Under the pieces are notes generated by a model that made no database searches, was not told the origin of the DNA, and saw only the letters and a program-made list of their open reading frames with translations. Shown piece by piece: positions 19,339 through 30,476 of a stretch of 64,000 nt of DNA (positions are counted from its first letter, which is position 1; each line of letters begins with the position of its first letter). The translations under genes were made by a program, and so were the position numbers. The DNA comes from Gemmatimonadales bacterium. Its GTDB lineage: Bacteria > Gemmatimonadota > Gemmatimonadetes > Gemmatimonadales > GWC2-71-9. Location: positions 1-64,000 of the forward strand of contig JBDIWC010000015.1 of NCBI GenBank assembly GCA_039794085.1. The letters are read 5' to 3'.

Positions 19339-22300
19339 TCAGGGCCGATCCCGTCGGTCGGTGCGCAGGAGGTCACCGAGTTCGCGGAGAATGCGGTCCC
19401 GCTCGGGCACCAGAGCGGAATCGGCGGTGGCCCAGGCGTCCCGGTATCGTTCGGCCCATTGCCGGGCCTCGGCCGTCCGCCCTTCGGCGGCGAGGAGCAC
19501 GGCGCGCATGGGCCAGGAGCGGACCACGGTTACCCACCCCGGATCGGGGGCCTGGACGGTGAGCGGCCGGATGCTATCGGCCCGCGCCAGGTGATCCAGG
19601 GCTTCCTGACGAAGCCCGAGTCCCGCGGCGGTTTCCGCCAGAGCAACGCGGGTCACGACGCTTCCCCCCGTATCCGCGCGGGCGGTGAGGTACCGGCGTC
19701 GCGCGGTGGCCGTATCGCCGGCACGCAAAGCGGCAAGCGCATCGAGCCCCCGGATTCGCTCCTCGCCGAGGGCGCGGCGCCAGCGGGCCACGCCGGCGGT
19801 GTCCCCGAGCCCGGCGTAGCCCTGGATCAGGGCCCGCGAGGCCACCTCGGCAAGTTCATCACGTTCGTCGGGGGGGGCCTCGGCGATGCGGCCCTCGACT
19901 GTCCTCTCCAAGTCCTGGAGCGAACCCGGGGTCACCCGGTCGAGGGCGGCGTCAATCGTCACGCCGAGCGTCGCGGCGAACATCGCCGTCACCCGCTCGG
20001 CGGCTCCGGTCTGGCGATCGTCGAGGGAACCGAAGAGACGTTGTTCCAGCAGGCGGGCCTGGTCCACCTGGCCCGTGGCGAGCAATGCGTTGATGAGCCC
20101 GCTGAGGAGGATCTCGGGCACCGCGACGCGTCTCTGGTTTCCGTTTCTCTGGTCCAGGACCGTGGCGAGTTGGGCGGCCGCCGGAAAGCGCCGGGCCTGG
20201 AGGAGCACGATGAGCCGGAGCACCGCCGGGGGAACCGATCCCGATGCGCCGAGGGCCTCGGCGCGGTCGAGAGACGCGAGGGCTCCATCGTAGTCTCCAT
20301 CCGACTGGAGGAGCCGGGCCATCATCAGATGTGCTTCTCCCTCGTCGGGCGCCACGCCAAGCCATTGTTCCATGACGCCGCGAGCCCGGTTCCGAGCCGC
20401 GGCCCGGGAGGCCTCGATCACCGCCGGTGTGTAGCGGGTCGCGACGGAGTCGCGGGGGACGAGGACGAGAGAGTCGTTGAGGAGGAGGACTCGGTACAGA
20501 CCTGCGGGGACTCGTCCGAAGGCGGAGCGGATGTCGCCGGGAGGGGGATCCCGGTAGACGGGGATGGCGATGCCGTCATCAAGGAACACATATCCAAGAA
20601 TATTGGCGATGTTGGCGTAGAGCCGGTGATCGTTGCCGTTCTGGGAGAGGGCGCGTTCGTAGGCGCGCAGGGCAAGATCGTAGGAGGTGGAGAGTTGTCC
20701 GATCCCCCGGGAATCGGGACGGAGGGTCAGATCGAACTGGGCGGCATCCGCGAGCCCGGTCCAGGCGTCCCCCAGGGTGGAGTCGAGGGCCACCAGGGCC
20801 GAGTACCGTCGCCGCGCCTCCGGAAAGTCAGCGTGGAGTAGCGCATGCCAGGCCTCGATCAACCGTCGCTCCCGCTCGGGTCGATCCGTGGCGTAGCGCC
20901 GGGCCGAGTCGGCGAAGGCGACGAACTCCCCTCCCCCACCCAGCAGATCGCGGACGAGAAGTGCCTGGCTCAACTCATACCAGGCGAGGGCAAAGCGGGG
21001 ATCGGCGGCGAGCGCCGCCGCAAAGTGCGTCCGCGCGGCGGGCATGTCCCACCGGCTCCGGGCGGCCACGCCCTCGATGTAGGCCCGATAGGCGTCGATG
21101 GATGTGGTGGGTGGTTCCACCGACACGAGTTCTCCGGGGCGCGCGCCCGAGAGGTCGAGGATCTGATCCGCGAGCTGTTCGAAGGCCCGGGGGAGCGTGG
21201 AGTCATTCGGTGCCTCCACGCTCGCAGTGCGGAGGAGTTCCCGGGTTCGCACGTCATACAGCCTCACGCTCAATCGCAGTGCATTGCCGAGACGCACGAT
21301 GGTGCCGAGGGTGGCGGTCCCCATCGACGCGGCCCGGGCGAGGCGGAGAGCATCCTCCCGGCCCATCGGACGCGACTCGTCCAGATTGTCGCGGCGCGCC
21401 AGGTCGAGGAGACGCTCCACGTGCACGACCTCGAGATCCTGCCACCGTCCCAGGGACTGGGCCAGCTGTTCGACTCCCCCAATCCGGAGCCAGTCGAGCG
21501 CGGGATCGCCGGTGGCGTTCTCGAAGAATCCCACGAGGATGGAGCGCCGGGGGTCGGTTTCGGGTGGCGGGGACCGCGTCAGGGTGGCGAATATCCCGAC
21601 CACGAGCACCGCCGCGCCCAGGGGGCGGAGCATCCGGCGCCACCGCCCGGGGCGGGAGGGCGGCCCCGCGGGGCCCAAGGCCGAGAGTGCCTCACGGAGG
21701 GACTCCGCGGAGGGGTAGCGATCGGCCGGGTCCTTGGCGAGGAGCCGCCGGATGACGGTCTCAACGCTCCGCGGGAAGTCCCCGATGTGGGCAACCAGCG
21801 GGACCGGGGCTTGGGTCAGATGGGCCACGGGAAAGTTGGGCGGCGTTCCGACCCGGAAGGGATACTGCCCCGAGACCAGTTCGTAGAAGATGACGCCGAG
21901 GGCGTACAGATCGCTCTCAGGCCCGAGTTCCCGGGTGCCGGCCGCCTGTTCGGGGCTCATGTAGCGAGGAGTCCCCATCACGACGCCCGCCCCGGTGACG
22001 CTGTCGGGATCGATCCCGTCTCCCACGGTGACATCGGCCGCGCGGGCGATCCCGAAATCGGTCACCAGGGCCCGGCCCGTTTCCCGCTCGATCAGGATGT
22101 TGTGCGGCTTGACGTCCCGATGAATGATGCCCCGGCGATGGGCCGCTCCCAGGGCCGAGGCGATGTCGCACACCAACGCCACCGCTTCGTCGACCGTGAA
22201 TCGGCCTCGGTGGCGGAGACGATCGGCGAGTGTTTCTCCCTCGACATACCCCATGGTGAAGTAGGCGACACCGTGGATGTCGCCCACGCGGTAGATGGGT

Positions 22301-22548
22301 ACGATGTTGGGATGCTGGAGCTGCGCGGCGGTGGCGGCCTCCCGTTCGAATCGGGCACGGAACCCCGGACGGGCCGCCAGGTCAGGGGCAAGGACCTTGA
22401 GAGCAACGAGGCGCCCCAGGGACCGTTCCCGGGCCAGGTACACCGTGGCCATCCCTCCCTGCCCGAGCCGGGAGAGGATTTCGTATTCTTCCGCGAGCGC
22501 CGCCTGGACATCGGCGGGAATCCCGGAGGGAGCCAGGGGGATGGGCAT
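19339..22548 (-). CDS. Hanks-type Ser/Thr protein kinase with TM helix and TPR-like C-terminal region
   Basis: LGQGGMATVY, VALKVL, HRDVKPHN, VTDFGIA, GTPRYMSPEQ, SDLYALG; a TM segment near aa 305-325, then helical repeats. Confidence 0.93.
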   Translation of the reverse strand: MPIPLAPSGIPADVQAALAEEYEILSRLGQGGMATVYLARERSLGRLVALKVLAPDLAARPGFRARFEREAATAAQLQHPNIVPIYRVGDIHGVAYFTMGYVEGETLADRLRHRGRFTVDEAVALVCDIASALGAAHRRGIIHRDVKPHNILIERETGRALVTDFGIARAADVTVGDGIDPDSVTGAGVVMGTPRYMSPEQAAGTRELGPESDLYALGVIFYELVSGQYPFRVGTPPNFPVAHLTQAPVPLVAHIGDFPRSVETVIRRLLAKDPADRYPSAESLREALSALGPAGPPSRPGRWRRMLRPLGAAVLVVGIFATLTRSPPPETDPRRSILVGFFENATGDPALDWLRIGGVEQLAQSLGRWQDLEVVHVERLLDLARRDNLDESRPMGREDALRLARAASMGTATLGTIVRLGNALRLSVRLYDVRTRELLRTASVEAPNDSTLPRAFEQLADQILDLSGARPGELVSVEPPTTSIDAYRAYIEGVAARSRWDMPAARTHFAAALAADPRFALAWYELSQALLVRDLLGGGGEFVAFADSARRYATDRPERERRLIEAWHALLHADFPEARRRYSALVALDSTLGDAWTGLADAAQFDLTLRPDSRGIGQLSTSYDLALRAYERALSQNGNDHRLYANIANILGYVFLDDGIAIPVYRDPPPGDIRSAFGRVPAGLYRVLLLNDSLVLVPRDSVATRYTPAVIEASRAAARNRARGVMEQWLGVAPDEGEAHLMMARLLQSDGDYDGALASLDRAEALGASGSVPPAVLRLIVLLQARRFPAAAQLATVLDQRNGNQRRVAVPEILLSGLINALLATGQVDQARLLEQRLFGSLDDRQTGAAERVTAMFAATLGVTIDAALDRVTPGSLQDLERTVEGRIAEAPPDERDELAEVASRALIQGYAGLGDTAGVARWRRALGEERIRGLDALAALRAGDTATARRRYLTARADTGGSVVTRVALAETAAGLGLRQEALDHLARADSIRPLTVQAPDPGWVTVVRSWPMRAVLLAAEGRTAEARQWAERYRDAWATADSALVPERDRILRELGDLLRTDRRDRP

Positions 22549-22587
22549 TCCCCAAAACTACTTGGGATGCAGGACGCGGGACATAGG

Positions 22588-22630
22588 CCCTCACCCCCTG
22601 GCCCCCTCTCCCGCACACGGGAGAGGGGGA
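22588..22630 (+). repeat. Palindromic repeat CCCTCACCCC..CCCCTCTCCC-N-GGGAGAGGGG (left flank of DUF559)
   Basis: Inverted partner at 23137-23177. Confidence 0.85.
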
Positions 22631-23001
22631 AGGCACTCCCGTGCCTCCAGGACCTCGGCCACAACGGTCTCCAACCGGGAACGCCGGACGTCACTGTTCG
22701 CAAGACGGACGACGGTGAGCCCCAGCCGCTGGAGCAGAGCATCCCGTTCGAGGTCGTAGGCACGTTGCGCGGGCACCTCGTGAATCGGCCCATCGATTTC
22801 GAGCACGAGGTTCAGGTTCCCACAGTAGAAATCGACGATGAAGCCGCGGATGACCTTCTGTCGCCGGAACTTGACACCATGGATACCCCGGTTCCTCAGC
22901 AGCATCCAAGCCTGTTGCTCAGCCACCGTTGCTCTCCGGCGCAACTCTCGTGCGACGGCTGTCTTCTGCCGGCGTCGACCCTTCCGGCGTCGCGTTCCCA
23001 T
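22591..23001 (-). CDS. DUF559 / Vsr-like endonuclease
   Basis: ARELRRRATVAEQQAWMLLRN, KFRRQ, FIVDFYC, LEIDGPIH, DLERDALLQRLGLTVVR. GGGAG RBS. Confidence 0.92.
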   Translation of the reverse strand: MGTRRRKGRRRQKTAVARELRRRATVAEQQAWMLLRNRGIHGVKFRRQKVIRGFIVDFYCGNLNLVLEIDGPIHEVPAQRAYDLERDALLQRLGLTVVRLANSDVRRSRLETVVAEVLEARECLPPLPCAGEGARG

Positions 23002-23075
23002 CTCCCATGAATAACCCGGAGGCCGGGAAACCGGTCATCAATCGAACGCAGGCCCACCCGAAAAACTCGTGCCGG

Positions 23076-23177
23076 CCACTCTGTGGGAGAGCGGCCAGTG
23101 GTGAGGGCTGCGCTCGCCGGACCTCCAGGTGTCGTTCCCCTCTCCCACTCTGTGGGAGAGGGGTCAGGGGTGAGGGA
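23076..23177 (-). repeat. Two copies (one partial) of the DUF559-flanking palindromic repeat, inverted relative to 22588-22630
   Basis: ccactctgtgggagagcggccagtggtgaggg (23076-23107) and cccctctcccactctgtgggagaggggtcaggggtgaggga (from 23137). Confidence 0.85.
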
Positions 23178-24504
23178 CTTCCTCGACTCCCTCGGCCGTC
23201 ACCCGGTGGGAGATCAGGGGAGTGAGAGTGGCCTCCTCGCCCAGAGTAATCGCGTCATCGAGGGCGCGGCGTCCGAGGGCGAGCCCGGCGTCATCCGCGG
23301 CATGGATGGTGGCGAGGCACTCTCCCCGGGCGACCCGGTCCCCCGGCTTGGCCGTGATGACGAAGCCCACGGAAGGATCGATCCGGTCGGCGGAGGTTCG
23401 GCGCCCCCCGCCGAGTTCCACGATGGCATGACCGATCCGGCGCGGGGCGACGGCGGTGACCACGCCCTCGGCGGGAGCGCGCCACTGGGCGATGTGGGGG
23501 GCCACGGGGAGACGCGACAGGTCTTCCGTCACGCGGGGGTCTCCTCCCTGGGCCTCGATGAGACGCGCCAGGAGTGCCATCGCCTCGCCGGATTCCACCA
23601 CCGTCTCCAGCCGCGCCCGCGCGCGGGTCCGGTCGGCCTCGGCCCCTGCCGCCAGCAACATCTCGACCCCCAGAGCCCAGGTGACGTCCATCAGGTCTTC
23701 CGGTCCCTCGCCGGCCAGGCCGCGGATCGCCTCGGCGGTTTCCAGGGCGTTGCCGCAGGCGTGTCCGAGGGGGCGGTCCATGGCGGTGAGGAGGGCGACG
23801 GTCCGGCATCCATGTGACTCCCCGATGCCGATCATGGTGCGCGCCAGGGCGAGCGACTGGTCGAGGGACGTCAGGAACGCCCCACTCCCCGTCTTGATGT
23901 CGAGCACGAGCCCGGTGAGCGACTCGGCGAGCTTCTTCGACATGATGCTGGCCGAGATCAGCGGGATCGATTCCACGGTTCCGGTGACATCGCGGAGGGC
24001 ATACAGTTTCCGGTCGGCGGGGACGATCTCGGGAGTCTGTCCCAGCATGACGACGCCGAGGTCGTGGAGCTGGGAGACGGCCTGGTCCAGCGAGAGGGCG
24101 GTACGGAACCCGGGAATCGCCTCCAGCTTGTCGAGGGTTCCCCCGGTGTGGCCCAGGCCCCGCCCGCTGATCATCGGAACCGCCACTCCGCAGCAGGCCA
24201 GCATCGGGGCGAGGAGAAGCGAGGTCTTGTCCCCCACTCCCCCGATGGAGTGTTTGTCCACGGCGGGACGCCCGAGGCCCGACACCGGCAATCGCCGTCC
24301 GGAGTGAAGCATGGCCTCGGTGAGGGCCGCCAGTTCGGGCCCGGTCAATCCTCGAAACACGACCGCCATCGCGAGAGCGGCGATCTGGTAGTCCGGGATC
24401 GTCTCGTTCACATAGCCGTCGATCAGGGCCTTCCACTCCCCGGGGGTGAGCTCCTGACCATCCCGCTTGCGTTCTATCAGTCGCGGTACCACGATTGCTG
24501 TCAT
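23164..24504 (-). CDS. pdp: Pyrimidine-nucleoside / thymidine phosphorylase
   Basis: IERKRDG, DKHSIGGVGDKTS, MISGRGLGHTGGTLDKLEAIPG, LYALRDVTGTVESIPLISASIMSKK. Confidence 0.95.
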   Translation of the reverse strand: MTAIVVPRLIERKRDGQELTPGEWKALIDGYVNETIPDYQIAALAMAVVFRGLTGPELAALTEAMLHSGRRLPVSGLGRPAVDKHSIGGVGDKTSLLLAPMLACCGVAVPMISGRGLGHTGGTLDKLEAIPGFRTALSLDQAVSQLHDLGVVMLGQTPEIVPADRKLYALRDVTGTVESIPLISASIMSKKLAESLTGLVLDIKTGSGAFLTSLDQSLALARTMIGIGESHGCRTVALLTAMDRPLGHACGNALETAEAIRGLAGEGPEDLMDVTWALGVEMLLAAGAEADRTRARARLETVVESGEAMALLARLIEAQGGDPRVTEDLSRLPVAPHIAQWRAPAEGVVTAVAPRRIGHAIVELGGGRRTSADRIDPSVGFVITAKPGDRVARGECLATIHAADDAGLALGRRALDDAITLGEEATLTPLISHRVTAEGVEEVPHP

Positions 24505-25288
24505 GCGATGGCTCCCTCTGATCCTGTGGGGTCCGGGATGGTGGACCCTGGCGACCCCGACCATCGGGGCTCAGTCGGTGGACAGTCTGCTCGTGGCGGG
24601 CCGCCACCACGTGACGGCGATCGCACCCGCGGCGGCCCTGGAGGCCTTCAACGCCATCCTGGCGATCGACTCGACCCACTTCGAGGCCAACTGGCGTGCC
24701 TCACTCGCCCTGGTGGACCTGGGAAAGGGCGTGCCCGACCAGGTCCGCGATGCGCGCAGGGATTCCCTCTACGCCCTGGCGGAACGCCGGGCGCGGCGGG
24801 CGATCGCCACGGACAGCACCCGGGCCGATGGATATTTCGCCCTGGCGAACGCCGTTGGCAAGGCGGTCCTGACGCGAGGCAAGAGGGAACAGATGGACCG
24901 GGCGGGAGAGGTTCGCACCATCGCCCTCGCCGCGCTCGCCCGTGATCCAACCCAGGATGGGGCCCATCACATCCTGGGACGGTGGCATCTGGAGATCATG
25001 CGCCTCCCGGGCATCTTCCGGTTCATGGCCCGAAGGGTCCTCGGGCAGGACCTGATGGGGGAGGCCTCGTGGGAGGAGGGCATCCGACACCTGGAAGCGG
25101 CGGTGGCGAGCCGTCCTGACTGGATCTACCACCGCCTGGACCTCGCCCTGGCCTACGCAGACCGGGGCCGTTTCGCGGAGGCGCGGGCCCAGACCACGAT
25201 TCTGGACACCCTTCCTCTCGGCGACGTTCTCGACACCCTGTATCGCCGGCAGGCCCGGGACGTGGCCGCCACGCTTCGGGACCGCTAA
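24503..25288 (+). CDS. Exported TPR-like protein
   Basis: N-terminal signal-like segment and TPR-like helices (AHHILGRWHLE.., EEGIRHLEAAV..P.WIYHRLDLA). Confidence 0.75.
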   Translation: MRWLPLILWGPGWWTLATPTIGAQSVDSLLVAGRHHVTAIAPAAALEAFNAILAIDSTHFEANWRASLALVDLGKGVPDQVRDARRDSLYALAERRARRAIATDSTRADGYFALANAVGKAVLTRGKREQMDRAGEVRTIALAALARDPTQDGAHHILGRWHLEIMRLPGIFRFMARRVLGQDLMGEASWEEGIRHLEAAVASRPDWIYHRLDLALAYADRGRFAEARAQTTILDTLPLGDVLDTLYRRQARDVAATLRDR

Positions 25289-25320
25289 CTTACCGCGTCC
25301 TTCTTCCCGATGAGCTCCCT

Positions 25321-28124
<2,804 letters not shown>

Positions 28125-28164
28125 GAAACCGGCCGCCGTGAGCGGCCCTGACAAGAGACAGACC

Positions 28165-28725
28165 ATGCCCGACACCATGACCACCGGCACCCCGACGACC
28201 CCGCGTGTGGTTCATCTCAGCCCGCGAGCCCTGCACGCCCTCCGATCCGCGCTGGAACGTCACGCGGGACGGCAGGCGGCGGTTGTCCTCCAGGAGGCGG
28301 GGTTTGCCGATGGGGAGGCGCGATACCAGGCGTTCTGCGATCACCTGCGCGCGGAGTACGGGGTGGACCGCCCCGAGGATCTCGACATCGCCTTTCTGGG
28401 TGAGGCCCTCTCGGGGTGCCTCCAGGAGGCCGGCTGGGGCGGCGTCACGATCGAACGCCTGGGTACCACGGTCTTCGCGATCGATTCGGTGGACTGGGCT
28501 GAGGCCTCCGGTGGAGCGCAATACCCGTCGTGCCATTTTTCCACGGGAAGCCTGGCGGACCTCTTCACCCGTATCGGCGGGAGTCAGGCCGCAGTCATGG
28601 AGGTGGAGTGCCGGAGCAAGGGGGACACGCGCTGCCGCTTCCTGGTGGGTTCCCCGGGGACGCTGACCACCGTCTATGAGCGGATGGCCGCCGGGTTGAC
28701 GTACCAGCAAAGCCTGGGGTTGTGA
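28165..28725 (+). CDS. V4R (4-vinyl reductase) domain protein
   Basis: GWG, CHFSTGSLADLF, VMEVECRSKGDTRCRF. Confidence 0.85.
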   Translation: MPDTMTTGTPTTPRVVHLSPRALHALRSALERHAGRQAAVVLQEAGFADGEARYQAFCDHLRAEYGVDRPEDLDIAFLGEALSGCLQEAGWGGVTIERLGTTVFAIDSVDWAEASGGAQYPSCHFSTGSLADLFTRIGGSQAAVMEVECRSKGDTRCRFLVGSPGTLTTVYERMAAGLTYQQSLGL

Positions 28726-29178
28726 AGTTCGAAGTTTGAAGTTCGAAGGAGGAGGGGTAATATCCTGTCAATCCTGTTCATCCTGTCAAAGAAATACACG
28801 CTCACCAGGGATCGAATGGCCTTTTTCTGACAGGATGAACAAGATGAACAGGATGATCCCACCCGTCCCCGGCAATCTCCAGTCTGTTCACATTCAGTTT
28901 CAGTTCAGTATTCAGACCCTTCCACCCCCGTGCACGTCGGATGGGGATCCCTTCGTGAACTCCAAGCACCGTTGCGCCCCGGCGTCCTGGCGCCTTTGCG
29001 TTGAGGCAGTTCCATGAACATCAAGACCCGGACGACGGGAAGTACACCGGGAACCTCCTCAGATCCCTCGCTTTGCTCGGGATGACGACTAAACAGAGAT
29101 CACCTAAACCGGAGAAGAACCCACCCTTCGAACTTCACACTTCGAACTTCGAACTTCGAACTTCACACTTCAGACTTC
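28725..29178. repeat. Composite intergenic repeat region
   Basis: (GAAGTTY)n at 28725-28748 and inverted (ACTTCRA)-type array at 29127-29178; ATCCTGT/ACAGGAT 9-mer arms at 28762-28790 and 28828-28854; TTCAG heptamers at ~28885-28915; CGTC-tagged palindrome at 29061-29087. Confidence 0.8.
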
Positions 29179-29180
29179 CA

Positions 29181-30476
29181 TCATCGGTTCCAGGCCCGCA
29201 CCCGCACGCCCTCCACGGCCAGGCAGGGAAGTTCCTGGGCGCCCACCCACACGGGGGCGTCCCCTATCCCGACAATGCGGGAGAGAAGGTCGAACACATT
29301 CCCTCCGATTTCGACCCCGCTCACCCTCCCCACGAGTTCCCCCTCCCCCACCCGGGCGCCCCATCGCACGCGCGCCAGGAATCCCCCGCCGGCCACGTTG
29401 CCGGGGAGGATGTCGAGGTCACGGATAAAGAGGCCGTTCCCCACCCGGGTTCTCAGATCATCCTCGGTGTCATCGCCGGCATGCATCCTCACGTTTGACC
29501 ACCCCGGTCGAACGGGATCCGCTCCCCCCCGTCGTCCGTGGCCGGTGGAGGGTACCCCGCACCGGGCCCCGGTGGCCAGGTCGGCGATCCGCCCCACGAT
29601 TCTCCCGTCCGAGACCAGGAGGGACGGCGCCGTGACCACCCCCTCGTCATCCACCGGGCGACTGCCGGGACGGAGCGGCACCCAGGGATCATCCGTGATG
29701 GTGAGCCCGGAGGCGAGCCCCCCCTCGCGCCGCAGGGCGTCCTGCCCGGGACCGAGAGCTTCGGGCGCTGTCGCGGCCGCCCGCAGGGGGCGGAGGAGTT
29801 GGGCCACCGCGCCGGGAGCGAACAGCACGAGCATTCGGCTCGGCAGGGGTGAGTCCACCAACTCCGGCAGGGCGAGGCGCGCCTCGAGATCTGCCACCAG
29901 GGCCTCCAGGGATTGCAGCGAGGGGAACTCGCATCCCTGAATCTGGTCGCACACCCGGTGTCCGGTTGAGGAGGATCCCGGACAATCGACGGTGACGCCG
30001 ATTCCGGTGAGAGTGGAGGGAAATTCGGCCACCACGCCCCGGGTATTGGCCACCCGGGTCGATCCGAAGGATCTCTCGATCCAGACCGTCACCCGGCGAT
30101 CGTTGCGGCGCAGGCGGTCCCGGAGGGAACGAGCCCGGGCCTCGAGATCCGCGGGCCCGGAGCACTCCACCTCGGCGGACGCGGTCACCAGCGCCGGGAG
30201 CGGCGCGGGGGCGGGGAGGAGAAGGTCGCACACCTCGCCAGCGCGGAGGCTGTGCCATGCCTCATCCACCAGATCCGCATCGGGGCGGTGGTCCCCCCCG
30301 GCCCACCCCATCCTGCCATCGGCGAGAAGCCGGATCTGCCTTCGGACGTGCTCCGACTCGGACAGCGACACGAGGCCTCGGTCGTCGAGTTGCATCGTGA
30401 GGGTCTGATCGGTGTGCCGAACGGCATCGGCACCGGCGACTCGGCGCCGGACCGCGTCCAGGATCCGGTCCGTCAT
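29181..30476 (-). CDS. PmbA/TldE-like metallopeptidase family subunit
   Basis: RVANTRG, VLFAP.AV..LL, ITDDP..P..PGSRPVDDEGV, STGHGRR, IGGNVFDLL. Confidence 0.8.
   Translation of the reverse strand: MTDRILDAVRRRVAGADAVRHTDQTLTMQLDDRGLVSLSESEHVRRQIRLLADGRMGWAGGDHRPDADLVDEAWHSLRAGEVCDLLLPAPAPLPALVTASAEVECSGPADLEARARSLRDRLRRNDRRVTVWIERSFGSTRVANTRGVVAEFPSTLTGIGVTVDCPGSSSTGHRVCDQIQGCEFPSLQSLEALVADLEARLALPELVDSPLPSRMLVLFAPGAVAQLLRPLRAAATAPEALGPGQDALRREGGLASGLTITDDPWVPLRPGSRPVDDEGVVTAPSLLVSDGRIVGRIADLATGARCGVPSTGHGRRGGADPVRPGWSNVRMHAGDDTEDDLRTRVGNGLFIRDLDILPGNVAGGGFLARVRWGARVGEGELVGRVSGVEIGGNVFDLLSRIVGIGDAPVWVGAQELPCLAVEGVRVRAWNR

Noticed and set aside
17765..23177. Prophage or integrative element
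   Set aside because: No integrase, transposase, att-like direct repeats or phage genes were recognised.
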